This document shows positions 41,701 to 55,900 of a stretch of DNA of 64,000 bases, one piece after another (within the stretch, counting starts at the first letter, position 1; each line of letters starts with the position of its first letter). Where the stretch lies: assembly GCF_009914755.1 (NCBI RefSeq), contig NC_060948.1, one strand, 5' to 3'. The notes below the pieces were generated by a model. That model was not told the origin of the DNA. It ran no database searches and was given only the letters and a program-made list of their open reading frames with translations. The translations under genes and the position numbers were made by a program. Source of the stretch: the human T2T-CHM13v2.0 reference genome, Homo sapiens.

Positions 41701-44700
41701 GAGTGAAATGGAATCGAACCACAAGGAATGGACAGGAATAGAATGGTCTCGAATTGAATGGAATCGTATGGAATGGCATCAAACGGAATGGAATGGACAG
41801 CCACGGAATGGAATGGACACCCACGGAATGGAATGCACTCGAATGCAATGGAGTCGACACTAATGGACTGGAATAGAATGGACTCGACTGGTACGGACTC
41901 CAATGGAATGGAATCGAATGGAAGGGAATCGAAAGGAATGGACTCGAAGGGAAAAGACTGCAATGGAAAGGTCTCGAATGGAATGGAAATTAATGGAATG
42001 GAATGGAATCGAATGAAATGGAGTCAAAAGGAATGGAATCGAATGGCAAGAAATCGAATGTAATGGAATCGCAAGGAATTGATGTGAACGGAACGGAATG
42101 GAATGGAATCCAAAGGAATGGAATAGAATGGAATGGAATCGAATGGAAAGGACTCGAATGGAAATCACTCGAATAGAATGCAATTTAATAAAATAGGATC
42201 AAATGTAATGGAATGGAATGGAAAGGAATCGAAACGAAAGGAATGGAGACAGATGGAATGGAATGGAACAGAGAGCAATGGTATAGAATGGAATGGAATC
42301 ATCTGGAATGGAATTGAATGGAATGGAATAATATGAAATGGAATGGAATGGAATGGAATGCCCTTGAATTAAATGGACTGGAATGCAATGGACTCGAACA
42401 GAGTGGAATGGAAAGTGTTGAAATAGAATGGAATGGACTCGTTTGGAATGGTCTAGTATGCAATGCAATCGACTGGCAGGGAATCAAAAGGAATGTAATC
42501 GAATGGATTGGACTGGAATGCAATGGACTCGAATAGATTGGAAGCGGAAAGCAAAGGAATGGAATGGAATAGTATGGAATGGAATGCAAAGGAATGGAGT
42601 GGAATAGACTAGAGTGGAATGGAATGGACTCGAAAGCAATGGACTGGAATGGAACTTTCTTGAATGGACTGGAATCAAACGGAATGGAATGCAATGCAAT
42701 CAAATGGCATGGAATAAAATAGAATGAAAGAGAATCAAATGGAATTGAATCGAATGGAATCGAATGGATTGGAAAGGAATAGAATGGAATGGAATGGAAT
42801 TGACTCAAATGGAATGGACTAGAATGGAATGGATTCGAATGGAAGGCAAAGGAATGGAATCTATTGGAATGGACTGTAATGGAATGGAATGGAAGGGATT
42901 GGAATGGACTCGAATGGAATGCGCTGCAATAGAAAGGATTCGAATGGAATGAAAAAGAATTGAATGGAATAGAACAGAATGGAATCAAATCGAATGAAAT
43001 GGAATGGAATAGAAAGGAATGCAATGAAATGGAATGGAAAGGATTCCAATGGAATGCAATCGAATGGAATGAAATCGATTGGAATGGAATCGAACGGAAT
43101 GGAATAAAATGGAAGAAAACTGGCAAGAAATGGAGTCGAAATGAATGGAGTGTTATGGAACGGACTCAAAAGGAATTGAATGTAATAGAATGGAGTGGAG
43201 TGGACTCGAATATAATGGACTGGAGTGGAATGAAATCACATGGAATGGGAACGAATGGAATGGAATGGAAAGGAATGGAATCGAATGGAAAGGAATCGAA
43301 TGGAAGGGAATGAAATTGAATCAACAGGAATGGAAGGGAGTAGAATCGACGGTAATGGAATGGACTCGAATAGAATGGACACGAATGCTCAAATTGAATG
43401 GACTCGAATGGAATGGAAACGAAAGGAATGTCATCGAATGGAATTGAATCGATTGGAATGAAATCACATAGAATGGAGTGGAATCAAATGGAATTGAATC
43501 GAAAGGAAAGGAAGCGAATGGACTGAAATGAAATGGAATGGAATTGAATGGAAATTAATGCAATGGAATAGAATGGAACGAAATTTCACGGAATGGAATC
43601 AAACTGAATGGAATCAAATCAATGGAATATAATCAAATGGAATGGAAAGGAATTGAATGGAGTAGATTGGATTGGATGGGATTGGAATGAAATGTACTGG
43701 AAAGGACTCGAATTTCATGAAACGAAATGGAATGAATTAGAACGGAATGGACTCGAATGGAATGGAATGTCATGGAATGGCATCAAATGGAATGGAATCG
43801 AATGCGATGGAATGCTATGGAATGGAATGGAATGCATTGGAATGGAATGTCCTCTAATGGAATGGATTCGAGTGGAATGGAATCGAATATAATGGAGTCT
43901 AATGAAATAGAATTGAAAGGAATGGGACCGAATACAATGGAATATACTGGAATGTAATGTAATGAACTCGAATGTAATTGACTGGAATGGAATGTACGTG
44001 AATGGAATGTAATCGAATGGAAAGCAATCCAATGGAATAGAATCTAATGCAATAAAATCGAGTCAAATAGAGTAGAATGTAATGGAATGGAGTGCAGTGC
44101 AATGGAATGGAATGGAATGGAATGCAATGGAATGGAATGGAATGGGATGGAATGGTATGGAATGGATAGTAATGGACTGGAGTGAAATGGACTGGAAAAG
44201 AATGGACTCAAATTGAAAGGGCTCGAAAGGAATGGAGTCAAATGGAATGGTCTGGAATGGAATGAACACGAATGTAATGCAATCCAATAGAATGGAATCG
44301 AATGGCATGGAATATAAAGAAATGGAATCGAAGAGAATGGAAACAAATGGAATGGAATTGAATGGAATGGAATTGAATGGAATGAGAACGAATGGAGTGA
44401 AATTGTATGCAGTAGAAGAGAATAGAATGGAATGCAAGCGAAAGGAAAGGAATGGATTGGAATGGAATGGAATTCATTGGAATGGAAGGGAATGTAGTGT
44501 AATGGACAGGCCTGGAATAAAGTGGAATGCTACGGTCTCGAATGGAATAAAAATGTATGGAATGGAATGCAATGAAACGGAATCGAATGTCATAGAATGT
44601 AATGGAATGCAAAAAAATGGAATCCAAAATCATTGACTGGAAAGGCTGGGTGTCGAAAGGAATTGACTCCAATGGAATGGAATCGAATGGAATGGAAGTG

Positions 44701-47700
44701 AATAGAATCGAACTAAATCGAATGGAATGGAATTGATAGGAACGGAATGGAAAGGAATGCAATGATTTGGCATGGAATGGAATCGAATGGCATCGAATGG
44801 AATGGAATGGAATGCAATGGAATGGAATGTATTAGAATGTAATGAACTTTAATGGAATGTACTCGAATGGATTCGACTGGAATGGAATGTTCTCGAAGTG
44901 AACGGACTCCAATGGAATGGATTCGAAAGGAATGGAAACTAATGGAATGGAATTAAACGGAAATGAATCAAATAGAATAGAACGGAATTGAATTGAATGG
45001 AATCGAATGCAATGGAATCTAATGAAACGGAAAGGAATGGAATGGAATGGGCTGGAATGGAATGGAATCGAAACGAATGGAATGGAATCGAACTGAAGAG
45101 ACTGGAATGGAATGCACTGGAATGGAAGGGAATGTAATGGAAGGTTCTCGAAAAAAATGGAATCGAAAGGAATGGAATTGAATGGAACGGAATAGAGTCG
45201 AATGGAATTCAATGGAATGGAATGGACTAGAGTGAAATGGAATCGAACCACAAGGAATGGACAGGAATAGAATGGTCTCGAATTGAATGGAATCGTATGG
45301 AATGGCATCAAACGGAATGGAATGGACAGCCACGGAATGGAATGGACACCCACGGAATGGAATGCACTCGAATGCAATGGAGTCGACACTAATGGACTGG
45401 AATAGAATGGACTCGACTGGTACGGACTCCAATGGAATGGAATCGAATGGAAGGGAATCGAAAGGAATGGACTCGAAGGGAAAAAACTGCAATGGAAAGG
45501 TCTCCAATGGAATGGAAATTAATGGAATGGAATGGAATCGAATGAAATGGAGTCAAAAGGAATGGAATCGAATGGCAAGAAATCGAATGTAATGGAATCG
45601 CAAGGAATTGATGTGAACGGAACGGAATGGAATGGAATCCAAAGGAATGGAATAGAATGGAATGGAATCGAATGGAAAGGACTCGAATGGAAATCACTCG
45701 AATAGAATGCAATTTAATAAAATAGGATCAAATGTAATGGAATGGAATGGAAAGGAATCGAAACGAAAGGAATGGAGACAGATGGAATGGAATGGAACAG
45801 AGAGCAATGGTATAGAATGGAATGGAATCATCTGGAATGGAATTGAATGGAATGGAATAATATGAAATGGAATGGAATGGAATGGAATGCCCTTGAATTA
45901 AATGGACTGGAATGCAATGGACTCGAACAGAGTGGAATGGAAAGTGTTGAAATAGAATGGAATGGACTCGTTTGGAATGGTCTAGTATGCAATGCAATCG
46001 ACTGGCAGGGAATCAAAAGGAATGTAATCGAATGGATTGGACTGGAATGCAATGGACTCGAATAGATTGGAAACGGAAAGCAAAGGAATGGAATGGAATA
46101 GTATGGAATGGAATGCAAAGGAATGGAGTGGAATAGACTAGAGTGGAATGGAATGGACTCGAAAGCAATGGACTGGAATGGAACTTTCTTGAATGGACTG
46201 GAATCAAACGGAATGGAATGCAATGCAATCAAATGGCATGGAATAAAATAGAATGAAAGAGAATCAAATGGAATTGAATCGAATGGAATCGAATGGATTG
46301 GAAAGGAATAGAATGGAATGGAATGGAATTGACTCAAATGGAATGGACTAGAATGGAATGGATTCGAATGGAAGGCAAAGGAATGGAATCTATTGGAATG
46401 GACTGTAATGGAATGGAATGGAAGGGATTGGAATGGACTCGAATGGAATGGACTGCAGTAGAAAGGATTCGAATGGAATGAAAAAGAATTGAATGGAATA
46501 GAACAGAATGGAATCAAATCGAATGAAATGGAATGGAATAGAAAGGAATGGAATGAAATGGAATGGAAAGGATTCGAATGGAATGCAATCGAATGGAATG
46601 CAATCGAATGGAATGGAATCGAACGGAATGGAATAAAATGGAAGAAAACTGGCAAGAAATGGAATCGAAATGAATGGAGTGTTATGGAACGGACTCAAAA
46701 GGAATTGAATGTAATAGAATGGAGTGGAGTGGACTCGAATATAATGGACTGGAATGGAATGAAATCACATGGAATGGGAACGAATGGAATGGAATGGAAA
46801 GGAATGGAATCGAATGCAAAGGAATCGAATGGAAGGGAATGAAATTGAATCAACAGGAATGGAAGGGAGTAGAATAGACGGTAATGGAATGGACTCGAAT
46901 AGAATGGACACGAATGCTCAAATTGAATGGACTCGAATGGAATGGAAACGAAAGGAATGTCATCGAATGGAATTGAATCGATTGGAATGAAATCACATAG
47001 AATGGAGTGGAATCAAATGGAATTGAATCGAAAGGAAAGGAAGCGAATGGACTGAAATGAAATGGAATGGAATTGAATGGAAATTAATTCAATGGAATAG
47101 AATGGAACGAAATTTCACGGAATGGAATCAAACTGAATGGAATCAAATCAATGGAATATAATCAAATGGAATGGAAAGGAATTGAATGGAGTAGATTGAA
47201 TTGGATGGGATTGGAATGAAATGTACTGGAAAGGACTCGAATTTCATGAAACGGAATGGAATGAATTAGAACGGAATGGACTCGAATGGAATGGAATGTC
47301 ATGGAATGGCATCAAATGGAATGGAATCGAATGCGATGGAATGCTATGGAATGGAATGGAATGCATTGGAATGGAATGTCCTCTAATGGAATGTATTCGA
47401 GTGGAATGGAATCGAATATAATGGAGTCTAATGAAATGGAATTGAAAGGAATGGGACCGAATACAATGGAATATACTGGAATGTAATGTAATGAACTCGA
47501 ATGTAATTGACTGGAATGGAATGTACATGAATGGAATGTAATCGAATGGAAAGCAATCCAATGGAATAGAATCTAATGCAATAAAATCGACTCAAATAGA
47601 GTAGAATGTAATGGAATGGAGTGCAGTGCAATGGAATGGAATGGAATGGAATGCAATGGAATGGAATGGAATGGAATGGGATGGAATGGTATGGAATGGA

Positions 47701-50700
47701 TAGTAATGGACTGGAGTGAAATGGACTGGAAAAGAATGGACTCAAATTGAAAGGGCTCGAAAGGAATGGAGTCAAATGGAATGGTCTGGAATGGAATGAA
47801 CACGAATGTAATGCAATCCAATAGAATGGAATCGAATGGCATGGAATATAAAGAAATGGAATCGAAGAGAATGGAAACAAATGGAATGGAATTGAATGGA
47901 ATGGAATTGAATGGAATGGGAACGAATGGAGTGAAATTGTATGCAGTAGAAGAGAATAGAATGGAATGCAAGCGAAAGGAAAGGAATGGATTGGAATGGA
48001 ATGGAATTCATTGGAATGGAAGGGAATGTAGTGTAATGGACAGGCCTGGAATAAAGTGGAATGCTACGGTCTCGAATGGAATAAAAATGTATGGAACGGA
48101 ATGCAATGAAACGGAATCGAATGTCATAGAATGTAATGGAATGCAAAAAAATGGACTCCAAAATCATTGACTGGAAAGGCTGGGTGTCGAAAGGAATTGA
48201 CTCCAATGGAATGGAATCGAATGGAATGGAAGTGAATAGAATCGAACTAAATCGAATGGAATGGAATTGATAGGAACGGAATGGAAAGGAATGCAATGAT
48301 TTGGCATGGAATGGAATCGAATGGCATCGAATGGAATGGAATGGAATGCAATGGAATGGAATGTATTAGAATGTAATGAACTTTAATGGAATGTACTCGA
48401 ATGGATTCGACTGGAATGGAATGTTCTCGAAGTGAATGGACTCCAATGGAATGGATTCGAAAGGAATGGAATCTAATGGAATGGAATTAAATGGAAATGA
48501 ATCAAATTGAATAGAACGGAATTGAATTGAATGGAATCGAATGCAATGGAATCTAATGAAACGGAAAGGAAAGGAATGGAATGGATTGGAATGGAATGGG
48601 CTGGAATGGAATGGAATCGAAACGAATGGAATGGAATCGAACTGAAGAGACTGGAATGGAATGCACTGGAATGGAAGGGAATGTAATGGAAGGTTCTCGA
48701 AAAAAATGGAATCGAAAGGAATGGAATTGAATGGAACGGAATAGAGTCGAATGGAATTGAATGGAATGGAATGGACTAGAGTGAAATGGAATCGAACCAC
48801 AAGGAATGGACAGGAATAGAATGGTCTCGAATTGAATGGAATCGTATGGAATGGCATCAAACGGAATGGAATGGACAGCCACGGAATGGAATGGACACCC
48901 ACGGAATGGAATGCACTCGAATGCAATGGAGTCGACACTAATGGACTGGAATAGAATGGACTCGACTGGTACGGACTCCAATGGAATGGAATCGAATGGA
49001 AGGGAATCGAAAGGAATGGACTCGAAGGGAAAAGACTGCAATGGAAAGGTCTCCAATGGAATGGAAATTAATGGAATGGAATGGAATCGAATGAAATGGA
49101 GTCAAAAGGAATGGAATCGAATGGCAAGAAATCGAATGTAATGGAATCGCAAGGAATTGATGTGAACGGAACGGAATGGAATGGAATCCAAAGGAATGGA
49201 ATAGAATGGAATGGAATCGAATGGAAAGGACTCGAATGGAAATCACTCGAATAGAATGCAATTTAATAAAATAGGATCAAATGTAATGGAATGGAATGGA
49301 AAGGAATCGAAACGAAAGGAATGGAGACAGATGGAATGGAATGGAACAGAGAGCAATGGTATAGAATGGAATGGAATCATCTGGAATGGAATTGAATGGA
49401 ATGGAATAATATGAAATGGAATGGAATGGAATGGAATGCCCTTGAATTAAATGGACTGGAATGCAATGGACTCGAACAGAGTGGAATGGAATGTGTTGAA
49501 ATAGAATGGAATGGACTCGTTTGGAATGGTCTAGTATGCAATGCAATCGACTGGCAGGGAATCAAAAGGAATGTAATCGAATGGATTGGACTGGAATGCA
49601 ATGGACTCGAATAGATTGGAAGCAGAAAGCAAAGGAATGGAATGGAATAGTATGGAATGGAATGCAAAGGAATGGAGTGGAATAGACTAGAGTGGAATGG
49701 AATGGACTCGAAAGCAATGGACTGGAATGGAACTTTCTTGAATGGACTGGAATCAAACGGAATGGAATGCAATGCAATCAAATGGCATGGAATAAAATAG
49801 AATGAAAGAGAATCAAATGGAATTGAATCGAATGGAATCGAATGGATTGGAAAGGAATAGAATGGAATGGAATGGAATTGACTCAAATGGAATGGACTAG
49901 AATGGAATGGATTCGAATGGAAGGCAAAGGAATGGAATCTATTGGAATGGACTGTAATGGAATGGAATGGAAGGGATTGGAATGGACTCGAATGGAATGC
50001 GCTGCAATAGAAAGGATTCGAATGGAATGAAAAAGAATTGAATGGAATAGAACAGAATGGAATCAAATCGAATGAAATGGAATGGAATAGAAAGGAATGG
50101 AATGAAATGGAATGGAAAGGATTCGAATGGAATGCAATCGAATGGAATGCAATCGAATGGAATGGAATCGAACGGAATGGAATAAAATGGAAGAAAACTG
50201 GCAAGAAATGGAGTCGAAATGAATGGAGTGTTATGGAACGGACTCAAAAGGAATTGAATGTAATAGAATGGAGTGGAGTGGACTCGAATATAATGGACTG
50301 GAGTGGAATGAAATCACATGGAATGGGAACGAATGGAATGGAATGGAAAGGAATGGAATCGAATGGAAAGGAATCGAATGGAAGGGAATGAAATTGAATC
50401 AACAGGAATGGAAGGGAGTAGAATAGACGGTAATGGAATGGACTCGAATAGAATGGACACGAATGCTCAAATTGAATGGACTCGAATGGAATGGAAACGA
50501 AAGGAATGTCATCGAATGGAATTGAATCTATTGGAATGAAATCACATAGAATGGAGTGGAATCAAATGGAATTGAATCGAAAGGAAAGGAAGCGAATGGA
50601 CTGAAATGAAATGGAATGGAATTGAATGGAAATTAATGCAATGGAATAGAATGGAACGAAATTTCACGGAATGGAATCAAACTGAATGGAATCAAATCAA

Positions 50701-52955
50701 TGGAATATAATCAAATGGAATGGAAAGGAATTGAATGGAGTAGATTGGATTGGATGGGATTGGAATGAAATGTACTGGAAAGGACTCGAATTTCATGAAA
50801 CGGAATGGAATGAATTAGAACGGAATGGACTCGAATGGAATGGAATGTCATGGAATGGCATCAAATGGAATGGAATCGAATGCGATGGAATGCTATGGAA
50901 TGGAATGGAATGCATTGGAATGGAATGTCCTCTAATGGAATGGATTTGAGTGGAATGGAATCGAATATAATGGAGTCTAATGAAATAGAATTGAAAGGAA
51001 TGGGACCGAATACAATGGAATATACTGGAATGTAATGTAATGAACTCGAATGTAATTGACTGGAATGGAATGTACATGAATGGAATGTAATCGAATGGAA
51101 AGCAATCCAATGGAATAGAATCTAATGCAATAAAATCGACTCAAATAGAGTAGAATGTAATGGAATGGAGTGCAGTGCAATGGAATGGAATGGAATGGAA
51201 TGCAATGGAATGGAATGGAATGGAATGGGATGGAATGGTATGGAATGGATAGTAATGGACTGGAGTGAAATGGACTGGAAAAGAATGGACTCAAATTGAA
51301 AGGGCTCGAAAGGAATGGAGTCAAATGGAATGGTCTGGAATGGAATGAACACGAATGTAATGCAATCCAATAGAATGGAATCGAATGGCATGGAATATAA
51401 AGAAATGGAATCGAAGAGAATGGAAACAAATGGAATGGAATTGAATGGAATGGAATTGAATGGAATGGGAACGAATGGAGTGAAATTGTATGCAGTAGAA
51501 GAGAATAGAATGGAATGCAAGCGAAAGGAAAGGAATGGATTGGAATGGAATGGAATTCATTGGAATGGAAGGGAATGTAGTGTAATGGACAGGCCTGGAA
51601 TAAAGTGGAATGCTACGGTCTCGAATGGAATAAAAATGTATGGAACGGAATGCAATGAAACGGAATCGAATGTCATAGAATGTAATGGAATGCAAAAAAA
51701 TGGACTCCAAAATCATTGACTGGAAAGGCTGGGTGTCGAAAGGAATTGACTCCAATGGAATGGAATCGAATGGAATGGAAGTGAATAGAATCGAACTAAA
51801 TCGAATGGAATGGAATTGATAGGAACGGAATGGAAAGGAATGCAATGATTTGGCATGGAATGGAATCGAATGGCATCGAATGGAATGGAATGGAATGCAA
51901 TGGAATGGAATGTATTAGAATGTAATGAACTTTAATGGAATGTACTCGAATGGATTCGACTGGAATGGAATGTTCTGGAAGTGAATGGACTCCAATGGAA
52001 TGGATTCGAAAGGAATGGAAACTAATGGAATGGAATTAAACGGAAATGAATCAAATAGAATAGAACGGAATTGAATTGAATGGAATCGAATGCAATGGAA
52101 TCTAATGAAACGGAAAGGAATGGAATGGAATGGGCTGGAATGGAATGGAATCGAAACGAATGGAATGGAATCGAACTGAAGAGACTGGAATGGAATGCAC
52201 TGGAATGGAAGGGAATGTAATGGAAGGTTCTCGAAAAAAATGGAATCGAAAGGAATGGAATTGAATGGAACGGAATAGAGTCGAATGGAATTCAATGGAA
52301 TGGAATGGACTAGAGTGAAATGGAATCGAACCACAAGGAATGGACAGGAATAGAATGGTCTCGAATTGAATGGAATCGTATGGAATGGCATCAAACGGAA
52401 TGGAATGGACAGCCACGGAATGGAATGGACACCCACGGAATGGAATGCACTCGAATGCAATGGAGTCGACACTAATGGACTGGAATAGAATGGACTCGAC
52501 TGGTACGGACTCCAATGGAATGGAATCGAATGGAAGGGAATCGAACGGAATGGACTCGAAGGGAAAAGACTGCAATGGAATGGTCTCGAATGGAATGGAA
52601 ATTAATGGAATGGAATGGAATCGAATGAAATGGAGTCAAAAGGAATGGAATCGAATGGCAAGAAATCGAATGTAATGGAATCGCAAGGAATTGATGTGAA
52701 CGGAACGGAATGGAATGGAATCCAAAGGAATGGAATAGAATGGAATGGAATCGAATGGAAAGGACTCGAATGGAAATCACTAAAATAGAATGCAATTTAA
52801 TAAAATAGGATCAAATGTAATGGAATGGAATGGAAAGGAATCGAAACGAAAGGAATGGAGACAGATGGAATGGAATGGAACAGAGAGCAATGGTATAGAA
52901 TGGAATGGAATCATCTGGAATGGAATTGAATGGAATGGAATAATATGAAATGGAA
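38796..52955 (+). repeat. DYZ1 units A'' (38796-42343), B'' (42344-45872), C'' (45873-49421) and D'' (49422-52955), copies of A-D
   Basis: Constant offset of 38,795 to 1-14160 in the ORF track (e.g. 1893/40688, 5437/44232, 8971/47766, 12520/51315), with the private markers retained. Confidence 0.92.
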
Positions 52956-55900
52956 TGGAATGGAATGGAATGCCCTTGAATTAAATGGACTGGAATGCAA
53001 TGGACTCGAACAGAGTGGAATGGAAAGTGTTGAAATAGAATGGAATGGACTCGTTTGGAATGGTCTAGTATGCAATGCAATCGACTGGCAGGGAATCAAA
53101 AGGAATGTAATCGAATGGATTGGACTGGAATGCAATGGACTCGAATAGATTGGAAACGGAAAGCAAAGGAATGGAATGGAATAGTATGGAATGGAATGCA
53201 AAGGAATGGAGTGGAATAGACTAGAGTGGAATGGAATGGACTCGAAAGCAATGGACTGGAATGGAACTTTCTTGAATGGACTGGAATCAAACGGAATGGA
53301 ATGCAATGCAATCAAATGGCATGGAATAAAATAGAATGAAAGAGAATCAAATGGAATTGAATCGAATGGAATCGAATGGATTGGAAAGGAATAGAATGGA
53401 ATGGAATGGAATTGACTCAAATGGAATGGACTAGAATGGAATGGATTCGAATGGAAGGCAAAGGAATGGAATCTATTGGAATGGACTGTAATGGAATGGA
53501 ATGGAAGGGATTGGAATGGACTCGAATGGAATGGACTGCAGTAGAAAGGATTCGAATGGAATGAAAAAGAATTGAATGGAATAGAACAGAATGGAATCAA
53601 ATCGAATGAAATGGAATGGAATAGAAAGGAATGGAATGAAATGGAATGGAAAGGATTCGAATGGAATGCAATCGAATGGAATGCAATCGAATGGAATGGA
53701 ATCGAACGGAATGGAATAAAATGGAAGAAAACTGGCAAGAAATGGAATCGAAATGAATGGAGTGTTATGGAACGGACTCAAAAGGAATTGAATGTAATAG
53801 AATGGAGTGGAGTGGACTCGAATATAATGGACTGGAATGGAATGAAATCACATGGAATGGGAACGAATGGAATGGAATGGAAAGGAATGGAATCGAATGC
53901 AAAGGAATCGAATGGAAGGGAATGAAATTGAATCAACAGGAATGGAAGGGAGTAGAATAGACGGTAATGGAATGGACTCGAAGAGAATGGACACGAATGC
54001 TCAAATTGAATGGACTCGAATGGAATGGCAACGAAAGGAATGTCATCGAATGGAATTGAATCGATTGGAATGAAATCACATAGAATGGAGTGGAATCAAA
54101 TGGAATTGAATCGAAAGGAAAGGAAGCGAATGGACTGAAATGAAATGGAATGGAATTGAATGGAAATTAATTCAATGGCATAGAATGGAACGAAATTTCA
54201 CGGAATGGAATCAAACTGAATGGAATCAAATCAATGGAATATAATCAAATGGAATGGAAAGGAATTGAATGGAGTAGATTGAATTGGATGGGATTGGAAT
54301 GAAATGTACTGGAAAGGACTCGAATTTCATGAAACGGAATGGAATGAATTAGAACGGAATGGACTCGAATGGAATGGAATGTCATGGAATGGCATCAAAT
54401 GGAATGGGATCGAATGCGATGGAATGCTATGGAATGGAATGGAATGCATTGGAATGGAATGTCCTCTAATGGAATGTATTCGAGTGGAATGGAATCGAAT
54501 ATAATGGAGTCTAATGAAATGGAATTGAAAGGAATGGGACCGAATACAATGGAATATACTGGAATGTAATGTAATGAACTCGAATGTAATTGACTGGAAT
54601 GGAATGTACATGAATGGAATGTAATCGAATGGAAAGCAATCCAATGGAATAGAATCTAATGCAATAAAATCGACTCAAATAGAGTAGAATGTAATGGAAT
54701 GGAGTGCAGTGCAATGGAATGGAATGGAATGGAATGCAATGGAATGGAATGGAATGGAATGGGATGGAATGGTATGGAATGGATAGTAATGGACTGGAGT
54801 GAAATGGACTGGAAAAGAATGGACTCAAATTGAAAGGGCTCGAAAGGAATGGAGTCAAATGGAATGGTCTGGAATGGAATGAACATGAATGTAATGCAAT
54901 CCAATAGAATGGAATCGAATGGCATGGAATATAAAGAAATGGAATCGAAGAGAATGGAAACAAATGGAATGGAATTGAATGGAATGGAATTGAATGGAAT
55001 GGGAACGAATGGAGTGAAATTGTATGCAGTAGAAGAGAATAGAATGGAATGCAAGCGAAAGGAAAGGAATGGATTGGAATGGAATGGAATTCATTGGAAT
55101 GGAAGGGAATGTAGTGTAATGGACAGGCCTGGAATAAAGTGGAATGCTACGGTCTCGAATGGAATAAAAATGTATGGAATGGAATGCAATGAAACGGAAT
55201 CGAATGTCATAGAATGTAATGGAATGCAAAAAAATGGACTCCAAAATCATTGACTGGAAAGGCTGGGTGTCGAAAGGAATTGACTCCAATGGAATGGAAT
55301 CGAATGGAATGGAAGTGAATAGAATCGAACTAAATCGAATGGAATGGAATTGATAGGAACGGAATGGAAAGGAATGCAATGATTTGGCATGGAATGGAAT
55401 CGAATGGCATCGAATGGAATGGAATGGAATGCAATGGAATGGAATGTATTAGAATGTAATGAACTTTAATGGAATGTACTCGAATGGATTCGACTGGAAT
55501 GGAATGTTCTCGAAGTGAATGGACTCCAATGGAATGGATTCGAAAGGAATGGAATCTAATGGAATGGAATTAAATGGAAATGAATCAAATTGAATAGAAC
55601 GGAATTGAATTGAATGGAATCGAATGCAATGGAATCTAATGAAACGGAAAGGAAAGGAATGGAATGGATTGGAATGGAATGGGCTGGAATGGAATGGAAT
55701 CGAAACGAATGGAATGGAATCGAACTGAAGAGACTGGAATGGAATGCACTGGAATGGAAGGGAATGTAATGGAAGGTTCTCGAAAAAAATGGAATCGAAA
55801 GGAAAGGAACTGAATGGAACGGAATAGAGTCGAATGGAATTCAATGGAATGGAATGGACTAGAGTGAAATGGAATCGAACCACAAGGAATGGACAGGAAT

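Noticed and set aside
25661-46995. Near-identical blocks as a pure assembly artefact
   Set aside because: The copies differ by a 25-bp indel and several substitutions, which favours real duplication. This cannot be fully excluded without reads.
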